Below, one piece after another: positions 30,643-41,641 of a stretch of 64,000 nucleotides of DNA; position 1 is the stretch's first letter, and each line of letters begins with the position of its first letter. Made by a program: the position numbers and the translations under genes. Source of the stretch: Cyanidioschyzon merolae (lineage: Eukaryota); NCBI GenBank assembly GCA_000091205.1, contig AP006501.2. One strand, 5' to 3'. The notes under the pieces were generated by a model, which saw only the letters and a list, made by a program, of their open reading frames with translations, was not told where the DNA came from and ran no database searches.

Positions 30643-31440
30643 ATGGTGCTGTTTGAAATTGAATATCGAGTGCGGCTTCCTCGGGAGGAGATGTGGAGCC
30701 TGCGAGAAGACCCTGAGTTTTTGCGTTGGCAGTATGAGCACTCCTCCGATATGAGCAACCTGGAAATTGTGGAGAAAAACGTCGACGCAGCCGACCCCGA
30801 CCGCATAACCGTGACGTGGCGGATAACACCTAGCGTGCCGCTGCCGCAGTTTGTACTTGCGTACGTTGGCGAAGGTGCTGGCATCTACATCGAAGACGTT
30901 CACGAATACCGCCTGTCGAAGCCGTACTACATCAACTTCCGCAGCCATCCGAATATGTTTCAGGAGTACACCGAGACCAGGGGTGAGTGCGAGTTCGTTG
31001 ATGAACCTGCTGACTCCGCGGATGCCCAGGCTGGAACACGCGTCTGCATCCGAGGAGAGGTGATTGTGAACGTCCCGCTTGTGGGGCCTTACGTCGAAAA
31101 CTTCGTGGTGAATAACTTGCGGAACTTTTACACGGGGTTTCCAGACCTGGTGCATTCATATGTAGCGGCCAAAAATGGACGTTTGAACCCCGACGACAGT
31201 CAGATGTGGTTGAACCCGGAGTCATCGGTGCATGTACAACCGAATACCGCAGAGGCAAACGAGGCGAGTGCCATCCACGGGGCTGGCGCGGATGTGGCCC
31301 CTGCTCTGGCGGCTCTGCAGCGCTCGCTACCGCCATCGGTCGACGCGTCACTGGCATCCGTGCCAGTGGCTTCTGGCGCCCCTGAAGCGATCCCAGAGTC
31401 CATACAAGCGCCAAGAAGATCATGGTGGCCATGGCAATGA
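30643..31440 (+). CDS. hypothetical protein
   Basis: Track ORF starts at TTG 30547 inside the transposon fragment; first ATG is 30643 (MVLFEIEYRVRLPREEMWSL...). No confident family assignment. Confidence 0.35.
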   Translation: MVLFEIEYRVRLPREEMWSLREDPEFLRWQYEHSSDMSNLEIVEKNVDAADPDRITVTWRITPSVPLPQFVLAYVGEGAGIYIEDVHEYRLSKPYYINFRSHPNMFQEYTETRGECEFVDEPADSADAQAGTRVCIRGEVIVNVPLVGPYVENFVVNNLRNFYTGFPDLVHSYVAAKNGRLNPDDSQMWLNPESSVHVQPNTAEANEASAIHGAGADVAPALAALQRSLPPSVDASLASVPVASGAPEAIPESIQAPRRSWWPWQ

Positions 31441-32228
31441 ATTGCGTACCCGCCGGTGCCTTGTGGTGCCTCTGAAGTGGCACCAGAGACCGTGCACGTC
31501 CCAAGCTGATCACGCTGACCATGGCGCTGAACAGGCGGCGCAAGCCACCGTTTGAATCGATTGTCGTGGTATCATGCATACATGACGCAATATTTATTGG
31601 GGGCAATCATCGAAATGTGAACGAGAGTATTGGGCTACTCGCGTGCTTGTGGAGCACCAATGCGCAGAACTCTTGGAGATGGGACGGTGCGAATCAGAGG
31701 CTCTCCATTGTAGCGTATGCTCTGCGAAGGGTTGATTCCGCTTGCGATTCCCGAGCTGCGAGCACCAAGTACCCTGATGTACGCTATTGCTTAGGCGGGG
31801 AACGGGAGCGTTCACTCGTCGTCGAAGCGAATTCTCCCGCGACAAAGATGAGTATTCGCATGGAGCGCGCACCGCGAGTCGCCTGCGCAGTCTGTATGCC
31901 GCCATCCTGTCCCCGGAGGATCAACGAAAGCGCGAACCACCAGCAGTTCAGTCAGAGACGTCATTACCATCGAGCTGGGGTTTAAGAACGCACGAGAAAT
32001 CGTTCCAGCGATCGAGCGCGTGTTTCTCGGGGGAGATGTCTGGAAACGTCAAGAAGAGGAAGGCTTCACGCACCACGGCACGTCATTCGCTCCCAGGCTG
32101 CAATGTCTTCATGATGCCCCGAAGTGCGCGTCAGTTCGCCGGATACCGGTGTCGCTCATGACCTGGGGAACGATTCCTCGCCGCTGGTGGTGCCCATGTG
32201 GCCACGAGTTGTGCGGCTGTTTCAGGAA

Positions 32229-32302
32229 CAACGTAACGCAACGCAACGTAACGTAACGCAACGTAACGTAACGCAACGTAACGCAACGCAACGTAACGCA
32301 AC
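32229..32302. repeat. (AACGY)n pentanucleotide microsatellite, ~15 units
   Basis: caacgtaacgcaacgcaacgtaacg... read directly. Confidence 0.9.
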
Positions 32303-33755
32303 TGCGCATTCTCGAGCGCGTATGGTGAAGGAAGCGAGCTGTTGCGTGACAGCGCCTGCCGCGTACCCTACGCTGTCGCGACCCTGAGCCTTGTTCAAGT
32401 CTGGAGAACGTGCGCGTCGCGAAACGAGCGGCCAGATGCAGTGCGACCTGTCGCGCTCGCAATGTCGTGCTGTGGTTATCAGCGGATATTGACGCGAATG
32501 CCACGGCATTGTAGCGGCGTCTCTGTAAACCATACGGCCGCTCGTCGGCTGCAGTACGTGCTTTATTCTGCCACGGACGCGTGCTTGGTGCAAGCCAGCG
32601 TGTTCTTATACAGACCAGTTCATCCACAGAACAAGGGTGATGCATGTTTCGATTTGAGTTTTGATATCGCTGACCATTGGGGGTATGCTTCCCGAAACGG
32701 TCCCTGTGTCATGCAGGTTTACGCCCGCCTGACGACCCGGTGTTCGCACCGCACTGCGACCAAACGCGCGGCTCCATCAGCTTGTCTGGCATCACTCAGA
32801 AGCTGGACGAGGCGGCCTGGCGGGCGCGTTCGTGGCTTGCGTCCCCGGCGCAGCTGCTCAACTAGATTGCAGCGCATGCGGGCATGCACGACGTCCGCGC
32901 TCTCTTGTTACGCACACTGGGAGCCAGGTATTCGCAAGAGCTCACGCGAGTGGCGGGCGCGCTTGGTGTTTGGCGCGTAGCCGAGCGCTGCACCTATGCC
33001 CCGGGGCTTACAAAACGCATATCTGTGACCTAGCTCTGCAGCAATGCTTCTCACGGTGAGCCGCGTGGATCATAAAAAGTGTCGTTTTTGATTGCCCTGT
33101 CATCCGCGAAAGCAGCATGTTCAAAGCTTATTGAATCCTGGAAGCGACTGTTCTCGGAAACTGATGTTTCATCTCGAATCACCGGCGGCAGCGGCAGCGG
33201 TATTGCCTCGAGCCGTCACCTCGCCAACGCGTCGAAGAGCCGGTCGGCCGCAGAGCATTGAACGCGGCAACAATTGTCGTGCGAAACCAAATGCCAACGC
33301 TAGACACCGTTCAGCAGCTCTGTCTCTGGGGGGATCAACTGCGACGCGGGCGTAGCCCGAGTCACGCCACGCTTCTGGAACATGTTTGATGCCCCGAACG
33401 TCGCTAGATCGAATCAACTTGTATTCCTTCGGGAAACACATCCCGGTCGATTATGGTATGCAGATGCGTATCTGGATAGGCTGGGGTATCTTTCATTTCC
33501 TCTAGGAGCAGTTATGTATCCACGAGAAGCCTGATAAGATTCATCGATCTCACACCATGAAAAATCGACAAGCTTGGCACCCAGCAGTGCACTGTACGGA
33601 CTCTCGCTGCCCACCAAACAGGAACACTCGTCTGGGGCTTGCGGAAAATACAAGCGCCTTGTGAAGCTACAGCATTTTCCATCCGCAGGATAGGCAGCAC
33701 CTGCACATTCCACTGCGTACTCGCACTGCACGCATCGATCATGCATCATGCATCG

Positions 33756-33830
33756 TAATTCGATCGTGCATCAAGCACCATAATTCGATCGTGCATCAAG
33801 CACTATAATTCGATCGTGCATCACCAGTGC
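33756..33830. repeat. 25-bp tandem repeat x3 (taattcgatcgtgcatcaagcacya)
   Basis: Read directly. Lies just upstream of the CBS-pair gene and is followed by (GCT)7 and (GGCT)5 tracts. Confidence 0.85.
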
Positions 33831-34043
33831 CTACGCATCTGGCACTGCCGCATTCTTTCCATGATAGGCGCTGCTGCTGCTGCTGCTGCATGCGTGAGGC
33901 ATCCGGTGAACGCCTGCGGGCATGCGTGCCGATCTGCCAATGGAATCTGTGGCTGGCTGGCTGGCTGGCTGGTGCTGCTGCGCACGCGCGCTTTCACCCA
34001 ATTGTTTACACCACGGTGCCGAGCATTGGTGTCACCCAGCGGT

Positions 34044-34799
34044 ATGCGCAGTCTCCAGCGTCTCTTGCCAGTTTGGCGTCAAAAGAGCGCGGTAGAATCG
34101 GTGGTTATCGCTCCACTAGTGCAATGGAGAAGACGCTTGGCTGCTCTAGCGATGCTGGAGCGCGAGTTACCCCAGTACCTAGACCTGGACTCGTGGCAAA
34201 TGACGCTGGCACAGTTCATTCAGAGCCAGCCACGAAGAGCGTACACCATATCGCCCGAGTCGACGGTATTCGAAGCTGTACAGAAAATGGTAGCGCACAA
34301 CGTTGGTGCTGTCGCGGTGGTGGAACCGGACGCAAACGATGCCGCACGACAGGCACAGCGGCTCGTTGGCATCTTCACGGAACGCGACTACTTGCGGAAA
34401 ATTATTGTTGCCTCGAAGGCATCGAAAACAACCCCCATAGCTGAGGTCATGACCCAAGACCCGGTATGCGTAACGCCGCAGCAACGAGTCGGTGACGCGC
34501 TTCACCTCATGACGGAGCTCGATATACGACATCTGCCCGTACTGGAGAGCCTGCCGAACGGCTCCCTGCTGACGATGGTTTCCATGCGCCAACTCATGCG
34601 CGAGGTAGCGGCTAGTCACGAGAAACAGGTCTCTGCGCTGATGGCACAGCTGCGGAAACTCTCGCTCCTCGTGGTCGACGATCGCTCTCCCGGGGACGGA
34701 GCAGCGACACTGGGTCCGGCGTCATCGACGACACCGAACACGAGGACGATCCACACGGGATCGGATCGCTTGAGCCTGAAATCCTGGTGGCAGCGCTGA
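34044..34799 (+). CDS. CBS-domain pair (Bateman domain) protein
   Basis: Two CBS motifs: YTISPESTVFEAVQKMVAHNVGAVAVVE...LVGIFTERDYLRKI and IAEVMTQDPVCVTPQQRVGDALHLMTELDIRHLPVLE. The track ORF begins at GTG 33816 within the repeats; first ATG at 34044. Confidence 0.6.
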   Translation: MRSLQRLLPVWRQKSAVESVVIAPLVQWRRRLAALAMLERELPQYLDLDSWQMTLAQFIQSQPRRAYTISPESTVFEAVQKMVAHNVGAVAVVEPDANDAARQAQRLVGIFTERDYLRKIIVASKASKTTPIAEVMTQDPVCVTPQQRVGDALHLMTELDIRHLPVLESLPNGSLLTMVSMRQLMREVAASHEKQVSALMAQLRKLSLLVVDDRSPGDGAATLGPASSTTPNTRTIHTGSDRLSLKSWWQR

Positions 34800-35292
34800 A
34801 CGCTTGAGCGCTTCACGTGCAACGGACGGGAATCGTTCCGGGCACGCGCTGCTGAGTGGAGGTCTCGTCCAGCAGGTGACGCACGGTACCAGTGCGCCGA
34901 GGTGGCGCTCGCAAAGCCACGTATAAAAAAACTTTCCCCGTACTCGACGCAGTATATGCTTTACGGCGACTCAGATTCGCAAATGTTGGCTCGTAGTCGT
35001 ACGCATTGCCAAACAAGTCCGCGGATACAAAACTACCCAGAGTACATGAAGCATCCACGCGCAGCGCCTGCTCGCACGGGATGCTCGTACGGTGGCGAAA
35101 GCGGATACCCGCGCTGCGTTGACATGTGCCCGACAACCGGTGAACCAGCGAACGCTGTTCGCGAAAAACAAAAGTGATGGCAAGTGTGGTATTCCAAGGA
35201 CGCGCTGAGGACAGTATTCGGGTTTCGAGCACATCCTAGTGACCAGGGTGCAGTGCATTGAGGCCCCTGCACGAGCCAATCACTGACAAGTC

Positions 35293-37458
35293 TTATCGAT
35301 TCGCGGGATGACGCGGTCGAGGAGGTATCATCGCCGAGACACCCGGAACGGGCGCCCCGGTGTCAGCAGAAGCAGCCGTGGTGCGCGCACTGCCAGCGCT
35401 GCTCAGGCCGCCGCTCGGTGCCTTCCACTGGGCCTTGGAACGTGAAGTGGTGGGTTTTGTTTCCAGCCGTGCGCCATCTGAAGGCGAGGAACTAAGCATC
35501 AACAGATTTCCCGGAGAGAGTTCAAATTCGGACGCATCCGCCATGGGCAAGAGGGCTGCGCTAGCGCCAGCTGCCCCTGCTCCTGTGCCAGCTGCTCCTG
35601 TGCCGAATCTGCTCGTCGAGGCGTCGAGTGCAGACGCGCTGCTGCGGCTCGTGTCGTCGATATGCGGCATAGCGCGTTGCGAATGCAACGCAGACTCGCC
35701 AGTGATGCCACCGGCTGCCGTGCGATGCGCCTCGCCCGCATGTTCACCTCTTAGCGCCGGCCCGCGGCCCGCTGTGCAGGACATATCTGTGGAGCACTGC
35801 TCGAGCGCATCCATGGGGACCAGGGCCGAAGCGGGCGCCTCGGCGAGGCGGGTACCTCGGTAAGTCACGTCCTTGCGCTCATCCTCAGACATTGGTGGAT
35901 CCGAATCCAATGGCTGGGGCATGACAAAGTACGCTGCCGCAGCATTCGCGGAGGTTGAGATGCTTTTCCAGTACTCTGGTGTGCGTCCAGTATAGAGATA
36001 ATCGCGCGGACTCGACCCGAGCAGGCTGGATGTTCCGGTGGGGAATCCTGAATGGTTGCCTCCTCCGAGCCAACCCGTATTCGTGCCGAACGAGTGCATC
36101 GGATGCGTCGTCCACGGCATGGTTTGTTCGTACGACATACCGCTCGGTGGCGACGAAGCACCGGTCGGATGCATCGCCATCACGCCTTGGATGTGGGCAG
36201 ACGTCTGACCATTCGCTGCAGCAACCATTGCCATGGTGTTGTGGTAGTGGCCGATCGAGCCAGCATTGTTCGTGTCTGCTGCTGGAGAGCCGTACGGATT
36301 AAAGTACAATGGAGATGAACCTGCGGTCATCTGGGCGAGGCTTTGGGGCAGGCCCTGGTGAAATGACATCTCGGCGGTCTCAATGGGGCTCGAATCACGG
36401 TGCATGTAAGAAAAATGCACCGAAACGTGATCCGCTCCACCCTCGAATACAGTTCCAAGACCGGAAAGCGCGCGTGTATCGCCACGCACAGGATTTGCCA
36501 CCAGAATGTGTCGACTATCCGGATTCGTGTGCATTCCCGAGGTACCGACGGGCATCGGTTGGCTCGACCGCATGGTGCGGGCGCCTCCTGCAGGTGCATC
36601 ACCGGCTCGTGGTCGCATGTTCATGTTCGAAAAATCGGCACTGGTCGAGGTCGAAAAAGCAGACTCCGAATGGGGGCCTGTTCCAACAGCCCCAAGCACG
36701 GGTCGCCCCATCAGCCGGTCTCCCATGATACCCAGAGCGCTCGAATGGGCACCAACCTGAGTAGTGTCGGCGTCGGTCGAGACGGCCGCCAGAACTCTGT
36801 CTTGACCATTGTAAACCTCGCACTCTGGGTGTTTCGCAAGGTACTTGGCGAGATTTTTCCGCAGCGGTGCGGCATTCCCAGTGACTTTGCGGCGCTCTAT
36901 TCGATGCCAGATGGGCACGTGTTCATTGTCGACCATGGACGCGCGGACTTCGGGGTCAAGACGCTCATCCTGTCCATCGAATACCTCGCACTCGGGGTGC
37001 CTGCTCAGATACTTGCGCAGGTTCCGCCGCAGCGGAGCCGCATTCCCAGCGATTTTACGCAACTCGGCACGATTCCATATCGTCACGTGCATGTTCGCCT
37101 CTTCCTCTGATAGCTGCGACACGTCCTCTTGTAGCATCTTTAAAGTAGCGTGGTTCACGGGCAAGTTGCGAAAGATGGTGGCAGGTTCCGCGCCGCCGCC
37201 CAACGAGTCCGAGTCGGCCTGCGAGGGACTTGTCGCTCGCGAGCCCACTGTGTCTGCTCCGGGTTCGCTTTTCTCGGAACTTTTGCCCCCGTCGTGCACC
37301 TGGAAGGAACTGGCCACTGATTCCATTCCAACGTCAGGGGACAGCGGTGCGTCACCCGCGACAAGGCCCCCAAGCGCGGCTGCGTGCTGTTTCGAAACCG
37401 CAGCCGCTCGCAAAGCCCCCTGGGTCAGCCCGCCTCCCCCGTCTGGTAAAGCTTCCAT
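35293..37458 (-). CDS. Ser/Pro/Gly/Ala-rich protein with two tandem copies of an unidentified ~40-aa module
   Basis: 721 aa with an ATG start. Duplicated module: HVTIWNRAELRKIAGNAAPLRRNLRKYLSRHPECEVFDGQDERL and HVPIWHRIERRKVTGNAAPLRKNLAKYLAKHPECEVYNGQDRVL. The rest is low-complexity. Confidence 0.45.
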   Translation of the reverse strand: MEALPDGGGGLTQGALRAAAVSKQHAAALGGLVAGDAPLSPDVGMESVASSFQVHDGGKSSEKSEPGADTVGSRATSPSQADSDSLGGGAEPATIFRNLPVNHATLKMLQEDVSQLSEEEANMHVTIWNRAELRKIAGNAAPLRRNLRKYLSRHPECEVFDGQDERLDPEVRASMVDNEHVPIWHRIERRKVTGNAAPLRKNLAKYLAKHPECEVYNGQDRVLAAVSTDADTTQVGAHSSALGIMGDRLMGRPVLGAVGTGPHSESAFSTSTSADFSNMNMRPRAGDAPAGGARTMRSSQPMPVGTSGMHTNPDSRHILVANPVRGDTRALSGLGTVFEGGADHVSVHFSYMHRDSSPIETAEMSFHQGLPQSLAQMTAGSSPLYFNPYGSPAADTNNAGSIGHYHNTMAMVAAANGQTSAHIQGVMAMHPTGASSPPSGMSYEQTMPWTTHPMHSFGTNTGWLGGGNHSGFPTGTSSLLGSSPRDYLYTGRTPEYWKSISTSANAAAAYFVMPQPLDSDPPMSEDERKDVTYRGTRLAEAPASALVPMDALEQCSTDMSCTAGRGPALRGEHAGEAHRTAAGGITGESALHSQRAMPHIDDTSRSSASALDASTSRFGTGAAGTGAGAAGASAALLPMADASEFELSPGNLLMLSSSPSDGARLETKPTTSRSKAQWKAPSGGLSSAGSARTTAASADTGAPVPGVSAMIPPRPRHPANR

Positions 37459-38801
37459 GTCTTAAGCGCGGCTCCTTCCCCAAAATCAATGAAGAGCCAG
37501 CCTCAAGCAAGAAGGAGTCGGTTGAAACGAACAGCCTGCGAGGCGCCCCGCAAAAACAGGTTTCGAAAACTGCGCACCCGTTCCTAGATCGAATCCATGG
37601 CTAGCGCGAGACGCGAAGCGCTGTGTGCTGAAGATCCTTCAAAGGCTAAACAAAAATGTATTTTTCGGTCAGTAGACGTGAAATGGTATGATTCGATTTA
37701 GGTAGATTAGTACAGACTTTTAACCTCGATGGGATGCGTGGCCTCTAGACGCGACGTTGCTGACGAGGTACAGCGCGCCTATGTATTCGTTTTGTTGCAA
37801 ATCTTCTCCTCCACGAGGTGATGCAACTAGCGTGGAGCACCAGGCAGCATTGCGGACAAAATACGAGCGTTGTACATAGAGCACTGAATAGTGCACGGAG
37901 TCGGTGCCCGCGCTGGGGCACGGGGTCGATGTGAGAATCAGGCTCTGTGGCGTGGCGTGGCATAGCGTGGCGTGGCGGTAGCGGTGCCGTTTGCCCTTTC
38001 TGCTGCACGTGTGCTCGTCTAGACCACACCTATACGAACCGTTTTGTTTTAGAAGCACCGCCGCATGGCAAAGAGAACTGCAGAATGCAGGTACTTTTTG
38101 AAATAACGCTTGGGCACTCTATTGGACACAGTGCGGACGCAAGCTAAGCGCTATCTTCAGCCTCAGTGCGAGGTTTGTCGGAACTAGTCAGTACCACCGA
38201 AGCAAGTAACTGCAGATTTTTTGAATAGCACGGATCTCCTGCTGCTTCTCGATTCAAATCGGAATAACCATAACGACTAATACGTCGACAAAGCCGATGG
38301 AGCGTAGGTGCAGTGCGCGTGCGCGTACCTGTGGGGTGACGGTTTGCTCCGCGCTGCGTATTCAGGTGGCGCGCTGCAGCTCGTGTACCGTGCAGTACCT
38401 TTCGCTGAGCGACGCCAGTCACAGGAGGACGCCTCTGCTTGGCAGATGAGTGGGCACTCGCGCAAGAGCGGTCGCACGCCGTCACGCACTACCACAGAGA
38501 CAGCGTGCTTCTCGTGTTGACGCTTTCGCAGCTACAGTCGCGTCGCTGCTCGAAATCACACCTGTAAGAGTGATTCAATCGCCACCGCCACTGCTGGTTT
38601 GTTTTCGATAGCTGTCCACCGACGATGAATGCCTTGTCCAGCTGTCAACAAATGCCGTCTCGTCGAGATGACGCGCGGATGAGACACGCTGTGGCTGGTT
38701 CGGACGCTGCGAGCACCGCAGCACGAGTCTTTGTGCCTATGGAGCAACCGACTTTTGGGTGAACCTCTCCATCCTTGCTTGTGCTTCATGGCTAGGCGCG
38801 A

Positions 38802-40055
38802 ATGCGTTACCTACCGCTCCCTCTTGTATGCGAAATAGCGTCACGGCGCTGGCGAGTCTGGCGCGCTCATACACGATCCTCTGTAAACTGGATCGCAAAA
38901 CCGCTTTATCTAGGTCTGAGCCTCGTTTTGATTTCTTGTGTATGGTGGCTTTTGTCCCACCAGGTAAACTTGGCGGCCTGCTGGCAGAGATACCGCCACG
39001 CCTCAGCGCCCTACCAGCGCTTGGATGTGAAGCAGGTCGATACGCCCCGCATCGCCATCGTGACAGGGGCGACGTCCGCGTTCCTGAATCGATTCTCGCT
39101 TGCCATCACGAACAAACAATGCTTTGCACGGCTTCATGGGTACGAATTTATCATAGATATTCGAGATTGGTCGGAAGTGCACGGTAAGAGCGACTACTGG
39201 AATCGTTTGTGGTTTTTGATGGAATATGTCCAGGCGTGTCTTGGTGGCAACTCGTGTCCGGACTGGATCTTCTACGTGGATGCCGACGCAATGGTGATGA
39301 ACACCAGCATTCCGCTGAGCGCTTTCACTGACGCAGTATCCGAAGATATCGATCTCGTGCTGCATGATGGTGCCGATTACATCAACTCTGGAGCGTTTTT
39401 CATTCGACCAACGGAATGGTCGTTGGCCTTTTTGGAGAAATGGCGAGCGCAAGCCGATGAGCCGCAAACGCTCGCAGACCAGTCAGCGCTCTGGGAGGTG
39501 CTCCTCGAGCTGGCGGATGCGCATGCGCAAGTGGATGCATCCCTGCAACCATCTCCAGCAGTTGTTGCACGCTACACCGGAGCTTGCAAGCCGCAACAAC
39601 TTCACCGAGGCACACCAGACGAGAACTGCTTCACCTGGGACACCTGTCGATGCAAAAGGTGTCTTCGACGCGCAGAGCGCTGCTGGCGGGAGGAAATGCG
39701 TCGCCTGGGGCATCCGTACGGGCAGCGGCGGCTGCCTAAAGTCCATTTCTGGTCACCAGACGGAGACTGGACTACAAACTGGACGAAGCCATGGCCAAGG
39801 GGTTTCAATTTTTACGCCTCTGTGGGCCACTGGGGCAACGTGGAACGATGTCATCCTGCGCAGTTGTGGCGACTGGGCGATCTGCTGGTCCAAGATGCCA
39901 AAGGTCTTGGCCAGGCCTACGCAACCTGGTGGGATGCTTTCCGCTGCCCGACGACGATGACGACAGAGCAGCTTCTTGTACACCTCGAAGCATCGAGAGG
40001 TCCGACGCACCAGCAGCTCTGGGGTCCTAGCGGGCGCTTCCAGGGCTCGCGCTAA
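38802..40055 (+). CDS. glycosyltransferase, GT34 (GMA12/MNN10-type galactosyl/xylosyltransferase)-like
   Basis: N-terminal TM anchor, then RIAIVTGATSAF...NKQCFARLHGYEFIID...DWIFYVDADAMVMN...DLVLHDGADYINSGAFFIRPTEWSLAFLEKW. This is colinear with the GT34 conserved blocks, including the DxD-like motif. Confidence 0.5.
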   Translation: MRYLPLPLVCEIASRRWRVWRAHTRSSVNWIAKPLYLGLSLVLISCVWWLLSHQVNLAACWQRYRHASAPYQRLDVKQVDTPRIAIVTGATSAFLNRFSLAITNKQCFARLHGYEFIIDIRDWSEVHGKSDYWNRLWFLMEYVQACLGGNSCPDWIFYVDADAMVMNTSIPLSAFTDAVSEDIDLVLHDGADYINSGAFFIRPTEWSLAFLEKWRAQADEPQTLADQSALWEVLLELADAHAQVDASLQPSPAVVARYTGACKPQQLHRGTPDENCFTWDTCRCKRCLRRAERCWREEMRRLGHPYGQRRLPKVHFWSPDGDWTTNWTKPWPRGFNFYASVGHWGNVERCHPAQLWRLGDLLVQDAKGLGQAYATWWDAFRCPTTMTTEQLLVHLEASRGPTHQQLWGPSGRFQGSR

Positions 40056-40454
40056 GACCTCATTCGCAAACGTCAAAACGGTGCCTGCGGCGGCCGACTG
40101 GAGCGCGGCTCACGGATAAGCTGCAGACGCTTCCGGACACCAGTGTGAGCGAACGAGGCGGCGCCGAACCGATGGTACTCGTCAAGGCGTGTAGTTGACC
40201 GATGCATCGGTAACCTGCAACGCAAAGCTGACAACGTCAACTGCAGCATACAGACTGCTGCTACCATATCGGTCTTCGCACATAGATGCACACATGCGAG
40301 CACACGAGGAGCCTCATAGCCGCACGCAAGGATAGACATCTGCAGAGGCTGCTGTTTGGGTCCAGCTCCGCCCAGTGGGCACAGCCGCGCTCCATGTCGC
40401 TTTGGTGCAGTGAAGCGCTGACTCTCAGATGCTGGCGTCGGTCTGCAAGTTCGA

Positions 40455-40505
40455 GCACACACACACACACACACATGCATACATACACACACAGACACAT
40501 ACACA
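40455..40505. repeat. (CA)n / (CATA) microsatellite
   Basis: Read directly. Spurious ORFs 40073-40504 and 40261-40506 translate it as CVCV/HTHT tracts. Confidence 0.9.
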
Positions 40506-40561
40506 AAGCCTCAGAACCGATTTGATGATGCCTGACCCAAAATACAGGTCAAGCGATCGCT

Positions 40562-41641
40562 CTAGAGAACCAATGCGCCTACGATGACCGCAAGCACTGC
40601 ACCTATCGCTGTGTTCAAAACGTTAACTGCTTCGTTGGAGAGCCACGGATACCGCCGCTGCAGGGTAGCTCCGATGACGCTCTCGATGAGGGTTGCGCTG
40701 AACGCAGACACGGAACAGATTGCAAGCGCATTCGCCTGAAACGGTATCAGCCTGGACGCTGCCCCGAAGAGCGTCAGGATCAGGATTCCCGCAGCACAAG
40801 CGATGGTGCCTTCGCGACTAATGGCACCCTCAGTACCAGGCTGCACCTCCTGCATTGTGGTGATCAAGTACGTCTTGCGTCCGTACGCCTTGCCGATTTC
40901 CGTGGCGAGCGTATCGCCTAGCTTTGTCGCCATGGATGTCAGAAAACCTAGTCGAGCAAGCGCCTTCCATCTAGCAGAAGCGCCAGTCCCTGGGAGCCAG
41001 ACGTGTAGAAGCGCGCAGAGCGCAGCGACAGCGGCCGCGCCCCAGACGTTCTCTGGGCCCCGGGCACCGCCGCGCTTCTCCGCGATGCCGAGTTGCTCCT
41101 TTCTATCCTGTTTTAAACGGGTGGCTATACTGGATATGACCAAAAAGAGCAGACAAGTGGTCCACCCAGCCCAGCCGAGTGACGCCCATAACAGCGTCCC
41201 GAGTGCGGCAGCGTGCAGCAGGCCAGCTTGCGTGAGCGCCCGCTGCCTAGAGACGAACCCAAGCGCCCAGAGTGCCCCGTTCACAAGCACAGCTGTGAGC
41301 GCCCGTCCGGATGATGGCGCCCAAGTGACGTTCATGTCGAGCCGTCTCTCTCGACCCGCACGCTGGTGACGTAAGCGTGGGGTCAAACGCGCACCGCTGT
41401 GCCCAGGAGTGACTGCCGATCGCCGGAGCCGTCGCAACGGGCACCTAATCAGCGTTGTTGCCGTGTGCACACGTTCATAGACCAGAGCCAGCTCCATTCC
41501 CGTGACACGGGACCTGGTGTTAGCCAGAGCGTGTCCACAAGCGAACGCTGCCGCATGACTCTCCTCCATAAGGCCTGGAAGGCGTTGCACTTCAGGAGCC
41601 GGCTCTGGCAACCCAGCCGTACCCTGGAGGCGCCTGCGCAT
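40562..41641 (-). CDS. DUF92 (TMEM19/VTE6-family) integral membrane protein
   Basis: Multi-TM C-terminal half with LGFLTSMATKLGDTLATEIGKAYGRKTYLITTMQEVQPGTEGAISREGT, resembling the DUF92 signature (ADTWASEIG...G.P.LIT...VPPGT.GGVS..GT). The start is uncertain: the track begins at TTG 41782, and in-frame ATGs occur at 41641 and 41335. Confidence 0.5.
   Translation of the reverse strand: MRRRLQGTAGLPEPAPEVQRLPGLMEESHAAAFACGHALANTRSRVTGMELALVYERVHTATTLIRCPLRRLRRSAVTPGHSGARLTPRLRHQRAGRERRLDMNVTWAPSSGRALTAVLVNGALWALGFVSRQRALTQAGLLHAAALGTLLWASLGWAGWTTCLLFLVISSIATRLKQDRKEQLGIAEKRGGARGPENVWGAAAVAALCALLHVWLPGTGASARWKALARLGFLTSMATKLGDTLATEIGKAYGRKTYLITTMQEVQPGTEGAISREGTIACAAGILILTLFGAASRLIPFQANALAICSVSAFSATLIESVIGATLQRRYPWLSNEAVNVLNTAIGAVLAVIVGALVL

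Noticed and set aside
30932-31606. 224-aa minus-strand ORF 30932-31606 overlapping the plus-strand gene 30643-31440. Likewise 45633-46511(-), 17520-18107(-), 21971-22564(+) and other 150-300-aa ORFs in gene-poor stretches.
   Set aside because: No recognisable domains, Arg/Ala/Pro-biased composition typical of random GC-rich frames, and overlap or antisense placement relative to better-supported genes. Left unannotated rather than called.
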